A stretch of 64,000 nt of DNA from a bacterium (GTDB taxonomy: Bacteria > UBA8248), in contig OZ242260.1 of the NCBI GenBank assembly GCA_965207065.1, forward strand, positions 3,264,001 through 3,328,000, read 5' to 3'. The notes beneath the pieces were generated by a model, which was not told the DNA's origin, searched no databases, and saw only the letters and a program-made list of their open reading frames with translations. Positions 49,121-59,318 of the stretch are shown in pieces (the first letter of the stretch is position 1; each line of letters opens with the position of its first letter). The position numbers and the translations under genes are program-made.

Positions 49121-50278
49121 TCAAAAAACCCCCTCCCGCGTTTCGGCGAGCACCAGGTCGACCACCTTGCGCAGGGCTTCCTCGTCTGTATCGCCTTCCA
49201 GGCGTCGGAGGCGGTAGAGGTCGGCCTGGCGGTCAGCGCCGCTGCCCTCGCGGATGATGGTGAGCGTGTGGCGCAACTCGGCCTCGCACCCGAGCGCGCG
49301 GGCGTCGGGGGTGAGCTTCTCGACGAGTTCACCCACGAAGTCGTCGATGTCCACCCTTGCGTTCTCGTGGGTCGTGTCGCCGAAGAAGGAAAGCGTGCCG
49401 TAGCGATGGGCCACCCAGCGGTTCTCCGCGATGATCTCGGTGAGCGGCTCAGGCGGCAGCGCGCCCGCCTCGTCCTGGCGTGTGAGCCACCGCAGCAGAG
49501 AGACGTAGAGCGCCGTGACGGCGATGGCGTCCTCCATTCTTGGGCAGATGTCGCAGATGCGAAGCTCCAGCGTCGGGAAGGCGTGGGCGGGGCGGACGTC
49601 CCACCAGATTTCGCTGCCGGTTTCGATGAACTTCATTCGCTGGTATTCGGAGATAATCTTCTCGAACTCCGCCCGGGTGCGCAGGGGAGGGGGCAGGTTG
49701 GTGCGCGGCAGGTTGCCGAAGAGGTTCAGGCGATAGGACTTGTAGCCCGTGTCGCTGCCTCCGATGAAGGGCGAAGAGGTGGAGAGCGCGTGGATGGCGG
49801 GAAGGTAGCGGCGGATGGCCGTCATGACCCGGATGCGGGATTCCGGGTCGCCGAAGCCCGCATGGATGTGCATCCCGCCGATGACCAAACGGCGAATGGT
49901 CTCCTGGAACGTCATCAGAAAGCGCGCGTAGCGCTCCTTGGCAGTGACCTTTAGCTCCCGCCACTGCGCGAAGGGATGGGTGGAGGAGCCCAGCACCGCC
50001 GCGCCGTGGGCTTCGGCCGCCTCGATGACGACCCGCCGGGTCTCGCGCAGCGCCACTCTCGCCTCGGCCACCGAAGCGCACACCCGGGTGTTGGTCTCGA
50101 CCTGGGAGCGAATCACCTCGCGTGTTACCTTGTGCGGCTCGATACCGGCCTCGCAGGCTTCGAAGATCGCCGGTTCGGGGTCGGCGATGAGGTCGCGCGA
50201 ATCGGGGTCGACGAGAAAGAATTCCTCCTCCACCCCGATTGTTATCTTCAGGTTTTCTCGATTATCGGCTTCACTCAC
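49121..50278 (-). CDS. ybdK: YbdK-type carboxylate-amine ligase (GCS2 family)
   Basis: IGVEEEF, GMHIHAG, ALSTSSPF, WWDVRP, LELRICD motifs; start uncertain (could extend to 50329). Confidence 0.88.
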   Translation of the reverse strand: MSEADNRENLKITIGVEEEFFLVDPDSRDLIADPEPAIFEACEAGIEPHKVTREVIRSQVETNTRVCASVAEARVALRETRRVVIEAAEAHGAAVLGSSTHPFAQWRELKVTAKERYARFLMTFQETIRRLVIGGMHIHAGFGDPESRIRVMTAIRRYLPAIHALSTSSPFIGGSDTGYKSYRLNLFGNLPRTNLPPPLRTRAEFEKIISEYQRMKFIETGSEIWWDVRPAHAFPTLELRICDICPRMEDAIAVTALYVSLLRWLTRQDEAGALPPEPLTEIIAENRWVAHRYGTLSFFGDTTHENARVDIDDFVGELVEKLTPDARALGCEAELRHTLTIIREGSGADRQADLYRLRRLEGDTDEEALRKVVDLVLAETREGVF

Positions 50279-50433
50279 GACGCGCTCTCCCGCAAGCGGC
50301 GCAGGCCGCACCTTCTTCGTACACTTCACGTTCGCAAAGAGTGGTTTTAAGTCGAACCCCTCTAAATCAGGCGCGTCGACTCTATCATTTCATGCCGGGC
50401 GAATCCAAGTATTTCAGGAGATATGTCGTCGAT

Positions 50434-51666
50434 CTAGGGCTGGTGAAGCGCTCGCTCCCGCGTGCCGCCCAGGCTTGTGAGGGCGAAGGGCAGCGTGAGC
50501 AGCCCGGCGACGACGCCCACGCCCACCAGTCCGAACGCGTCCACGCAAAGACCGATGAGGGGAGCGAGCACCATGGCGAGTATCGATTTCGCCTGCGTCT
50601 CGACGGAGAGTATCGTCGCGCCCGCTTCGGGCGTGCTGTGGGCGTCGATGCGGCTGATGAGCACGGGACGCCAGAAGTTCTGCAGAACGGCCAGGGCGAC
50701 GAAGCCCGCGATGACCACCGATTCCCAGCCCGTCCAGAGCCCCCATGCGAGAAACGCATAGATGAGGGCGGTGGCGCCCCACAGCGATTTCGCGGCCGCT
50801 TCCTCGGAACCCGTTGAGGCGACGAGGCGGTGCCCCCCGCGCGAGGCGAAGCTGGATAACAAGTGCAGGACGAAGTAAACCGCCCCGACCAGGATGGCGA
50901 CGCGCTGTTGCTGCTGCCAGGTGGCGAGCAGGGCAAGGCCCAGGGCGGCTTGCTTGATGACGGGCTGTATGTAGTCCTTCGCGACCTTGTAGGTGCCCTC
51001 GTAGCTCATGGATTCCAACAGGATGCCGCGCAGCGGCCTGTCGGTGAAAGCCATGCGCATGGAGTCTTTCAGATGTCCCCATACGCTCGGGATTTTCGTA
51101 TCCGCCGCGCGTGCGCCTTCGAGTTCTTTGGGATAACCCATGAAGTTCACGATGTTGAGCGCATAGGGGATGACGGCGAGCAGGAATATTTCGCTGTAGC
51201 GCGCGCCGGTGAAGATGAACGCGCTGGCGATCACGACCGAGACGGCCGAGCCCACCTTCGACCATGAGCGCGTGAACCCGTAGACGCGGGTGCGCTCTTT
51301 CTCGCGGTTCTGGATTCTGAGCCACTCGAATATCATCGCCTTGTGCGTGCCGGTGCGGAACGAGTCGCCGAGCGCGAAGGCGAACATGGCGAGGAACAGG
51401 GCGGCGAATGAAGCCGAAAGGCCGAAGACGAGGAACGAGGCGATATAGGCGAGGAACGAAAATATCATCGAGCGCCTTCTGCCGTAGAGGTCGGCCACCG
51501 CGCCGCTCGGTATCTCGAAGAGGTTGATGCACACCTCGCGAAAGCCGATGAGAATCCCTATCTGGAAGAAGGAGAGGTCTTTTTCCAAGAAGGCGAGGAT
51601 GAGGAAGGGCTCGAAATAGGTCTGGTTTTTGAGGAAGCCGTATAGCGAGAATCGAAACAACATCAT
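50434..51666 (-). CDS. MFS transporter
   Basis: EIPSGAVADLYGRRRS motif A; about 12 hydrophobic segments. Confidence 0.9.
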   Translation of the reverse strand: MMLFRFSLYGFLKNQTYFEPFLILAFLEKDLSFFQIGILIGFREVCINLFEIPSGAVADLYGRRRSMIFSFLAYIASFLVFGLSASFAALFLAMFAFALGDSFRTGTHKAMIFEWLRIQNREKERTRVYGFTRSWSKVGSAVSVVIASAFIFTGARYSEIFLLAVIPYALNIVNFMGYPKELEGARAADTKIPSVWGHLKDSMRMAFTDRPLRGILLESMSYEGTYKVAKDYIQPVIKQAALGLALLATWQQQQRVAILVGAVYFVLHLLSSFASRGGHRLVASTGSEEAAAKSLWGATALIYAFLAWGLWTGWESVVIAGFVALAVLQNFWRPVLISRIDAHSTPEAGATILSVETQAKSILAMVLAPLIGLCVDAFGLVGVGVVAGLLTLPFALTSLGGTRERALHQP

Positions 51667-51884
51667 CGGCTGACCCTCCTTCCCTCAATTTCGCGCCTGC
51701 GCCTCGTGCGCGCAAGGGGGCAGGGGAACAGAGGCGGCCTGCGCGCGCCAGCGCTTCATCCCCCACGGCGCGCATCAGACATTGTAGCGGAAATTTCATC
51801 GTTTGCGGGATGTTTTTTCGCGGGCTGCGCGGGGGAAAAAAAGGCCGGTGCGTGGATTCTTCCCCGCAAACCCATCCGCTTTCC

Positions 51885-52125
51885 GTAGGAACAGGTCGCG
51901 ACCTGTCCCTACGGGTTCGTTTCGATACATGGGATTTGCGTAGCCGGACAGACGCCTGCACCTGTCCTTACGAGCCCGATACCGCAGATTGCCGTGACCA
52001 AAAACGAACACCGGTCGGGCGCGGGGGCCGCCCGTGTTTTGAAGCCCGCAGTCGAATAATCCTGTTGAATTGTCTGGTCCCTGTGGCTACTACCGGTCAG
52101 GACAGGCACGGAGGCCAGTCCCTAC
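51885..52125. repeat. GTAG-type REP cluster
   Basis: GTAGGAACAGGTCGCGACCTGTCCCTAC (51885-51912), GGACAGACGCCTGCACCTGTCCTTAC, GGACAGGCACGGAGGCCAGTCCCTAC (52100-52125). Confidence 0.7.
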
Positions 52126-52146
52126 GCATCTCCGCCGTCTTGATTC

Positions 52147-53031
52147 TCACCGTATCCGCCAGCCGATGAGGGCCGCGCCGACCACCATGCACGCCGTGCC
52201 GACAAGGATGGCGGGCGTGATGCGCTCCACGCGCCTGAGAAGGAAAAAGCTCATGGCGAGACTGAAGATGGGGGCCGTCGAGGTGAGGGGAGCCACAATC
52301 GAGAGGTCGCCGATGCTGATGGCGGTGAAGTGCAGGAAAAACCCGAGCGCGTTCAGCAATCCGCACAGCCCGAAGATGTACCAGGCCTTGGGGCGGTCGA
52401 ACTGGTTCGGTTTCTGGTCCTTTGGAAACAGCGGGATGAAGGTGAGCAGGAAGAGGAACCCCGACAGTGTCGTGAGGGTGGCGCCCATGACGGGGGCCTC
52501 GACGTGGGCGAAGGCGAGTTTTCGGAATAGAAACGAGAATGCGGCGGTGACGGCGCTGAAGAACGCGAGGATGAGGTGTTTTCTCTGCCATGAGGTGTCG
52601 TCGGATTTTTTGTAGCTGAGCGCGACGCTGCCCAGGACGATGGAAAGCGTGCCCGCCAGGATGAGCGCGCCCGGCCGCTCGCCGAGGAAGGCGATGGCGA
52701 GCGAGGTGGAGAACAGAGGCGTCAGCGAGACGAACGGCATCGCGCGCGCGACGCCCAGGTAGGAGATACTGAGATATAGAAACACGCGCGACATGGCCGG
52801 CCCGGTGAGTCCCGCCAGCGAGAAGAAGAAAAACGCATGGAGGTTCCACCACTCGGGCTGCCAGTAATACCAGGTGACGGCGAGCATCACGGGCAGCGAT
52901 GTGAACAGGCCGATGAAGACGCCCGTGAGCGCGTTTGCGTGCTCGCCGCCCTTCCTGATGCACACGCTGAAGGTGGCGAAAACCACGGCGGTGGACATGG
53001 CGTAGGATGCGGCGACTAGCTGGGGGTTCAT
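52147..53031 (-). CDS. DMT/EamA-family transporter
   Basis: Two EamA halves with P(L/I)FS...FL.E motifs; about ten TM segments. Confidence 0.88.
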   Translation of the reverse strand: MNPQLVAASYAMSTAVVFATFSVCIRKGGEHANALTGVFIGLFTSLPVMLAVTWYYWQPEWWNLHAFFFFSLAGLTGPAMSRVFLYLSISYLGVARAMPFVSLTPLFSTSLAIAFLGERPGALILAGTLSIVLGSVALSYKKSDDTSWQRKHLILAFFSAVTAAFSFLFRKLAFAHVEAPVMGATLTTLSGFLFLLTFIPLFPKDQKPNQFDRPKAWYIFGLCGLLNALGFFLHFTAISIGDLSIVAPLTSTAPIFSLAMSFFLLRRVERITPAILVGTACMVVGAALIGWRIR

Positions 53032-53301
53032 CCGGTTCTCGGGGGTTAAGGCATACTCGGGACGTTGTGCGCGACAAATTCGGCGAACTTCAATCTACAG
53101 CCTGCGCGCGTACTTGGGAAGGGGGGGCGGGGTTTCCTCTTGCGTCCTGTAAGGGCGTACACCCTCGATTCAGGCGGTAGGGTCAACCTCCCATTTCGGC
53201 GGATTTGATGCAGTGACTTGCGCTTGCTAAAATTTCAATCTTAAAACCAAACGCGCGCGGAAGTCGTCCCGTCCGTAATGCCAACACATCGGAGATCATC
53301 C

Positions 53302-54339
53302 ATGAAGCCCAAGACATTGATTATCGTCGTTTTCGCCTTAATCCTCGGCCTGAGCGCCTTCGTCTCCCTGCCCGGAAGAGCCGAAGCCGCCTGCAAGGTC
53401 CGCATCGGCGACCTGAACTGGGACAGCGCCAATTTTCACGGCCAGGTGGCCGCCTTCATCCTCGAGCACGGCTACGACTGCCGGGTGCGGCTCATCTACG
53501 GCGGCACGCTTCCGACCATGGCGGCCCACTACGAGGGGAAGAACGACCTGATCATGGAGCTTTGGTACGACAGCACGAAGGATCAGTACGACATCGCGGA
53601 GAAGAAGGGCAAGGTCAGGAAGCTGAGCGTGAACACGCCCGACAGCATACAGGGCTGGTTCATCCCGCGCTTCGTCCAGAAGGCGAACCCGGGTCTCAAG
53701 ACGGTCTACGACCTCGCGAAGTACAAGCACCTGTTCAAGGACCCAGAAGAACCCTCAAAAGGCCGGTTCGTGAACTGCATCCCCGGCTGGGCGTGCGAGG
53801 TCATCAACACGGTGAAGCTGCGTGCCTACGGGCTGGACAAACATTTCACGAATTTCCGGCCCGGTTCGGGCGGCGCGCTCGCGGCGGCCATCAAGGGGGC
53901 GTATCTCAAGAAAAAGCCGGTCGTGGCCTATTACTGGGCGCCGACGCCGCTCCTGGGACAGCTCGATCTCGTCCAGCTCGAAGAACCTGCATGGAACGAG
54001 GCCGACTGGGACGCGATGATGAAGCACGTGAGCGCGCTCAAGAAGGGCGGGGCCGAGGCCATGGGAAACCCCGGGAAGGCCGTCGCCTACCGGACGATGG
54101 AGCTGCCCAAAACGGTCACGACGCAGTTTGCGGCCAAACATCCGGAGATCGTCGCTTTCCTCGAGAAATACTCGCTTCCCTCCAAAGTCGTCTCGGAGGT
54201 GCTCTCCTATCTCGAGAAAGATGCCGGCGGCGACGCGAAGGTCACCGCGATCCACTTCCTGAAGACCAACAAGGTCTGGAAGAAGTGGGTGCCGGCCGAC
54301 GTCGCACGCAAGGTCGATGCGGCGCTTAAATCTTCCTGA
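53302..54339 (+). CDS. Glycine betaine/proline-type ABC substrate-binding protein (no transporter genes adjacent)
   Basis: Signal peptide, NWDS, MELW, CIPGWAC, YYWAPT motifs. Confidence 0.88.
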   Translation: MKPKTLIIVVFALILGLSAFVSLPGRAEAACKVRIGDLNWDSANFHGQVAAFILEHGYDCRVRLIYGGTLPTMAAHYEGKNDLIMELWYDSTKDQYDIAEKKGKVRKLSVNTPDSIQGWFIPRFVQKANPGLKTVYDLAKYKHLFKDPEEPSKGRFVNCIPGWACEVINTVKLRAYGLDKHFTNFRPGSGGALAAAIKGAYLKKKPVVAYYWAPTPLLGQLDLVQLEEPAWNEADWDAMMKHVSALKKGGAEAMGNPGKAVAYRTMELPKTVTTQFAAKHPEIVAFLEKYSLPSKVVSEVLSYLEKDAGGDAKVTAIHFLKTNKVWKKWVPADVARKVDAALKSS

Positions 54340-54386
54340 GTCGTCCCGGCGCGTCCAGCAATCCAGATAGGGCAGGGGAGGGACCC

Positions 54387-54411
54387 ATAAGGACAGGTCG
54401 CGACCTGTCCC
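54387..54411. repeat. GTAG-type REP (degenerate)
   Basis: GGACAGGTCGCGACCTGTCC palindrome. Confidence 0.65.
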
Positions 54412-54472
54412 GGCCATCAGTGCGACGATCCTTCCATTGCGGACGGGTCCATCATCCCCACCGTCTTCCATT

Positions 54473-54527
54473 TTTCATGAACTTTCCACGATTTTGTAAC
54501 GCGCGCGCCATGAGGGGCCGCTATAAT
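54473..54527 (+). promoter_or_regulatory. Candidate Pho-box promoter of phoX
   Basis: Hexamers at 11-bp period: TTTCAT (54473), TTCCAC (54484), TGTAAC (54495), CGCCAT (54506); then 10 bp and TATAAT (54522-54527). Confidence 0.6.
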
Positions 54528-54614
54528 CCCTCCCGAACAAAAGGATTCTTCGACAAAGGCGTGTTTTCGCGCGCCTACCGTTAAACACGAATTTCACAAA
54601 ATGGGGGATGAGAA

Positions 54615-56540
54615 ATGTTTGATGACCGAACGCGCGACGCGCAGCTCGCCGCGCACGAGGAGTACTCGCCGGATGAGTTCGACGATATCCATTATCCGCG
54701 GCCGCAAGCGACGGATTTCGAAAAGCTGGCGGAGAAGATGATCTCCCGGCGCGGCTTCCTGGGTAAGGGGGCCGCCTTCGCCGCGACGGCGTTCGTGATG
54801 AGCGCCGGGGGAATCGATCCTCTTTCCGCCTTCGCGAACGCGAACCGCTTCGGCTTCGAGGCCGTGCCCGCCAACACTCTTGATACGATCACCGTGCCCA
54901 AGGGCTACAGCTGGCACGTCGTCGCAAGGTGGGGCGACCCCATATGGACGAAGGGGCCCGGGTTCGACCACGCCACGCGCGGCACGGGTGCGAGCCAGGA
55001 GCTCGCCTTCGGGGACAACAACGACGGCATGTCGCTCTTTCATGCGGGCGGCAGGAACGTCCTGGCCGTCAACAACGAGTACGTGAACATCGACATCATC
55101 CACGGAGGCAAGGGCGGTGGAAAGCCAGCGACGGCCGACGACGTGCGCAAGAGCAAGGCGGCGCACGGGGTGTCCGTGGTGGAGATAGCGCAAAAGGGCG
55201 GCAAATGGTCGGTCGTCAAGGACTCGACCTACAACCGCAAGATAACGCCCGACACGCCGATGGAGATCACCGGCCCCGCGCGGGGCCACGCTCTCATGAA
55301 GACGGCCGCGGACCCCAAGGGTGAGCAAAGTCTCGGCACCTGGAACAACTGCGGGAACGGCGCGACGCCGTGGGGCACGTATCTCACGTGCGAGGAGAAT
55401 TTTCACGTTTATTTCTCCTCGAGCGACCTCAGTGTGAAGGTTTCGCCCGAGTTCAGGCGCTACGGCGTGGGCGGCAAGGGCCGGGGATACCGCTGGGAGA
55501 TGACGGATGAGCGCTTCGATATCGCCAAACATCCCAATGAGCCGAACCGCGCGGGCTACATCGTCGAGATCGACCCGCTCGATCCTGAATCCACACCCAA
55601 GAAACGAACCGCGCTCGGGCGCTTCAAGCACGAGAATGCCGAAGTCGTACTCGCCGCGAATGGTCAGGTGGTCGTCTATATGGGTGACGATGAGCGCGGC
55701 GAGTTCATCTACAGGTTCGTGAGCGAGGGCCGCTACGCCGAGGGCGGAGACAACTCGAATCTTCTGGAGACGGGCAAGCTCTACGCGGCGAAGTTCGCCG
55801 AGGATGGCCGGGGCGAGTGGGTAGAGCTGACGCCCAAAACCACCGGGATGGCCTCGATGGCTGAGATTTGCGTCCACACGCGGGTCGCGGCTTCCGCCGT
55901 CAAGGCGACGACGATGGACCGCGCCGAGTGGGTGGCGGCGAACCCAAAGAAGGCGGAGGTCTACTGCTGTCTCACCAACAACAAGAACCGGGGCGTCAAG
56001 CCCAACAAGGGCGGCGACCCCACCCCCGTCGGCGGGCCGAACCCCCGCGCAAAGAACAGCTACGGGCAGATTGTCCGCTGGGCGCCGGACGGGGGCGATC
56101 ACCTCTCGAACGCATTCACGTGGGACCTCTACGTGGTCGCGGGCAACCCCGCCGTCCACAAGGGTGCCAACGCCGGTTCCCCGAACGTGACGCCGGACAA
56201 CATGTTCAACTCCCCCGACGGCCTCGCCTTCGACAGGAACGGCATGCTGTGGATACAGACCGACGGCAAGTACACGAACACCAAGGGCTTCGCGGGCCAG
56301 GGCAACAACCAGATGCTTGTCGGTGATCCGGTGATGGGCGAAATACGCCGCTTCATGGTGGGTCCCAGGCAGTGCGAGGTCACGGGCATCGAGTGGAGCG
56401 CGGACGGGCGGACCATGTTCGTGGGGGTCCAGCACCCCGGCGAGAAGGGCGGCGACAGCCACTTTCCGGACGGCGGCAATACGACGCCGCGCTCGGCGGT
56501 GGTCGCCATCACGCGTGATGACGGGGGCGTTATCGGTTGA
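54615..56540 (+). CDS. phoX: PhoX alkaline phosphatase (Tat-exported)
   Basis: SRRGFL Tat motif; NNDG, NNEY, NCGNG.TPWGTYLTCEEN, GRFKHE, SPDG, QHPGE motifs. Confidence 0.95.
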   Translation: MFDDRTRDAQLAAHEEYSPDEFDDIHYPRPQATDFEKLAEKMISRRGFLGKGAAFAATAFVMSAGGIDPLSAFANANRFGFEAVPANTLDTITVPKGYSWHVVARWGDPIWTKGPGFDHATRGTGASQELAFGDNNDGMSLFHAGGRNVLAVNNEYVNIDIIHGGKGGGKPATADDVRKSKAAHGVSVVEIAQKGGKWSVVKDSTYNRKITPDTPMEITGPARGHALMKTAADPKGEQSLGTWNNCGNGATPWGTYLTCEENFHVYFSSSDLSVKVSPEFRRYGVGGKGRGYRWEMTDERFDIAKHPNEPNRAGYIVEIDPLDPESTPKKRTALGRFKHENAEVVLAANGQVVVYMGDDERGEFIYRFVSEGRYAEGGDNSNLLETGKLYAAKFAEDGRGEWVELTPKTTGMASMAEICVHTRVAASAVKATTMDRAEWVAANPKKAEVYCCLTNNKNRGVKPNKGGDPTPVGGPNPRAKNSYGQIVRWAPDGGDHLSNAFTWDLYVVAGNPAVHKGANAGSPNVTPDNMFNSPDGLAFDRNGMLWIQTDGKYTNTKGFAGQGNNQMLVGDPVMGEIRRFMVGPRQCEVTGIEWSADGRTMFVGVQHPGEKGGDSHFPDGGNTTPRSAVVAITRDDGGVIG

Positions 56541-56591
56541 ACGCCCATCAGGCTCAGTAGCGCCACGCTGTACCCGCCATATTAAATGCCT

Positions 56592-56620
56592 CGCCCCCTT
56601 GCGGGCGGGGCGTTTTTTTT
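56592..56620 (+). terminator. Rho-independent terminator after phoX
   Basis: CGCCCC...GGGGCG stem followed by a T8 run. Confidence 0.75.
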
Positions 56621-56691
56621 CGCACACTTGGCCGCGACAGAAAAAGTTCAGTTTTGAGAAAATGAAACACGTAATAAAGGACGCATACGAA

Positions 56692-57780
56692 ATGAATAGT
56701 CAGAAACCCATCGAATACGCCTGGTATCTGCCCTCGAACAAGCGGGGGGACGCCACCAGGCTCGGCACCGGGGAGGTGGAGATACCGCCCGAGATCGACT
56801 ATCTCGTCCACGTCGCCAAGACGGCGGAGGCGAGCGGTCTGACGAACATGCTCATCCCGTGCAACACCTCGTGCTCGGACGGCTGGCTCCTGGCCTCAGC
56901 GATCGCCCGTGAGACCAGCAGCATCAAATTCTGCGTCGCCATCCGCCCCGGCCTCACCACGCCGACCTTCGCCGTGCAGCAGGCGAACACGCTCGACTTC
57001 ATCTCGGGCGGGAGGCTGACGGTGAACGTGGTTCCCGGCGGCTCTTCGGTGGACGCAAGGCGCTACGGGGACTGGGCGGGTCACGACGGACGATACGAGC
57101 GGGCTGATGAGTTTCTGGACATCGTACGCGCGTTCTGGGTGGATGAGGACGCCAGGGTGAACTACGAGGGCGCGCACTACCAGGTGGAGGACGGCTTCGT
57201 CTTCCCCGGACCCGCGCGACCGGGCGGGCCGCCTCTTTATTTCGGGGGAAGCTCGCCAGCGGCCAAGAAGGTCATCGCCAAGCACGCCGACGTTTTCCTG
57301 AAATGGGGGGAACCTCCCTGGCAGATCGCCGAGGAATACGAGGAAGTCAAAAAGATGGCGCGCGAGGAGCATGGCCGGGACCTCAAGCTCGGCGTGCGCT
57401 TCCACATCCTGGTGCGCGAGGACGACGCGCAGGCCAAGGAGGAAGCCGAGTCCATCATCGCGGGAACGGCGTCCTACGGAGAGAGTTCATCGGTCACCGG
57501 CGAGGTGGCCGGGCAGGTGGAATCCGTCTCCCAGCAGCGCATGAACGCCATGACGGCGGAGGGGAAGCTCTGGCACGGCCCCGCGCTCTTCTCGGGCATC
57601 AACCTCGTGCGGCAGGGGGCGGGCACCATGCTCGTGGGCAGCCCAGAGGTGGTGGCGGACGCCATGCGCGAATACATCGACGTGGGCGCGACCACGTTCA
57701 TCCTCTCCGGCTGGCCGCATGACGATGAGGCGCGAAATTTCGGGAAGTACCTGCTGCCGTTGTTGCCGGATGCGGTGTGA
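56692..57780 (+). CDS. LLM-class flavin monooxygenase, alkanesulfonate monooxygenase SsuD-like
   Basis: VAIRPG, SGGRL.VNVVPG, RYERADEF, YFGGSS, LVGSPE, FILSG.PH motifs. Confidence 0.85.
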   Translation: MNSQKPIEYAWYLPSNKRGDATRLGTGEVEIPPEIDYLVHVAKTAEASGLTNMLIPCNTSCSDGWLLASAIARETSSIKFCVAIRPGLTTPTFAVQQANTLDFISGGRLTVNVVPGGSSVDARRYGDWAGHDGRYERADEFLDIVRAFWVDEDARVNYEGAHYQVEDGFVFPGPARPGGPPLYFGGSSPAAKKVIAKHADVFLKWGEPPWQIAEEYEEVKKMAREEHGRDLKLGVRFHILVREDDAQAKEEAESIIAGTASYGESSSVTGEVAGQVESVSQQRMNAMTAEGKLWHGPALFSGINLVRQGAGTMLVGSPEVVADAMREYIDVGATTFILSGWPHDDEARNFGKYLLPLLPDAV

Positions 57781-57799
57781 GGGGGTGTCGTTCCCGTGT

Positions 57800-58190
57800 G
57801 TAGGTCGGACATATATGTCCGACGTATACGCGACCCTGCCTTTTCGCCTACCGACGACGGGTCGCATATATGCGACCCCTACAATCGATTCAACCCGGTG
57901 AAGAGATGTTTGGTTTTTCTGAGTAGGGACAGGTCGCGACCTGTCCCTACGGTATCGGAATCTGTGAGGTGGTAGGGACAACCCCTCCTCGGGGTTGTCC
58001 TGCCCTCCGTGGTTGTCTTTTTTCAGGGTGGTCACGATTCGGACAGGCACAGGGGCCTGTCCCTACGGGTTCAAAAGGCGCGGGCCGCATATATGCGGCC
58101 CCTACACGGAACATCGCCACTCACGATTTGATGTAGGGGTCGCGTATACGCGACCCGTTGTTTTTCGGACAGGTACGAGGGCCTTTCCCA
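57800..58190. repeat. Dense BIME-like array of about seven GTAG-type REP hairpins of several subfamilies
   Basis: Hairpins at 57800-57836, 57859-57882, 57923-57950, 57972-58066, 58082-58105, 58133-58156, 58167-58190, between convergent genes. Confidence 0.8.
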
Positions 58191-58195
58191 ATCTA

Positions 58196-59143
58196 TTATC
58201 TATCAATCAGGATATCGCCCGAAATCGAGGCCAGATCCTTGCAGCCTGCCAGCACCATGGATTTCTCAAGCTCCGCCTGCAGGAGTTCGAGCATTTCTAC
58301 CACGCCGGCGGGACCGCCTGCGAAAAGGCCGAGCACGAGCGCACGGCCCGAGGTGACGCCCTTGGCCCCCTGGGCGAGTAATTTCAATACATCGTCTCCC
58401 CTACGGACGCCGCTTTCGGCCAGCACCAGCACGTCGTCACCAACGGCATCCACGACCTCGGGCAGAATTTCCATGGGATGGCCCCAGGAAGGTCCGTGCG
58501 CGCCGCCGTGCGTGGTGACGATGATGGCCGCGGCCCCTGCGTCTCGCGCGATGCGCGCGGTATCGGCGGAACCCACCGCCTTGAAGACGAAGGGAAGCCC
58601 GGTGGCTTTCACGTAGCCTTCTAGCGCGTCCGCTCTCTGCGGTTCGCATTCTGGGTTATAGAAGCCGGACTCGAAATCCATGCCCACGGCGAAGGCGCCG
58701 GTGTCTTCCGCGAGTTTTAACGACGTAAGCGTGCGCCCCTTGTCCCGCCATGGCTTTACGACCCGGATGGAGGAGGGGTAGGCGGCGGCTGCCTCGCGCC
58801 AGGTGTCGTCCGTGCAGTCGCCTATCCAGTACTGCGTGCCGAAACGCGCAGCGCCTTCCGCCACCTGCAAAAAACCATCCGCCCAGTGGGCCGCGAGCGT
58901 GTTCGCGCTCATTGAGCCCGTCATGATGGGGGTTTTCAGCTTCTTGCCGAGAAAGTCGAATTCGGTGTCAGCCGTATCGGTGAGCATCAGGCGCATTCTC
59001 AAGCCGAAGCGCTCGTAACCCATGAGCGCCGTCTCGGTTCCGGGCAGGTCGGGCCCCAGGATGTCGTATGGATTGCCAGCTCCCATTTTTTCCACGTTTA
59101 CCTGCGCCCGTTCGTAAATTTCCTGATACGCCGCCTCGGTCAT
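58196..59143 (-). CDS. FMN-dependent alpha-hydroxy acid oxidase-family protein (divergent)
   Basis: FLGKKLKTPIM, LPFVFK, HGG, SGVRRGDDVLK, GR motifs. Confidence 0.8.
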   Translation of the reverse strand: MTEAAYQEIYERAQVNVEKMGAGNPYDILGPDLPGTETALMGYERFGLRMRLMLTDTADTEFDFLGKKLKTPIMTGSMSANTLAAHWADGFLQVAEGAARFGTQYWIGDCTDDTWREAAAAYPSSIRVVKPWRDKGRTLTSLKLAEDTGAFAVGMDFESGFYNPECEPQRADALEGYVKATGLPFVFKAVGSADTARIARDAGAAAIIVTTHGGAHGPSWGHPMEILPEVVDAVGDDVLVLAESGVRRGDDVLKLLAQGAKGVTSGRALVLGLFAGGPAGVVEMLELLQAELEKSMVLAGCKDLASISGDILIDR

Positions 59144-59318
59144 CTGGTCACACTCCTTATTCTCTTGATATTTTCTCGTTCAATGCGATTTACGGTTTCT
59201 CGCGCCAGCCCGCCGCATCTGGGCGTTTGGCGGATTCGCCACCCTGGGCTATCATTTCCGGCAAATCATATGAAGCACGATGAGCGCATCAGCCAATCCA
59301 GACAGCCAGGAGGACTTA

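Noticed and set aside
54594-56627. 677-aa minus-strand ORF, and similar long alternative ORFs such as 27180..28403 and 50414..51961
   Set aside because: High-GC shadow frames over clearly identified genes, with no recognisable motifs
57800-58190. Possible CRISPR array
   Set aside because: Repeats are heterogeneous palindromes with irregular spacing and no cas genes; they fit REP clusters
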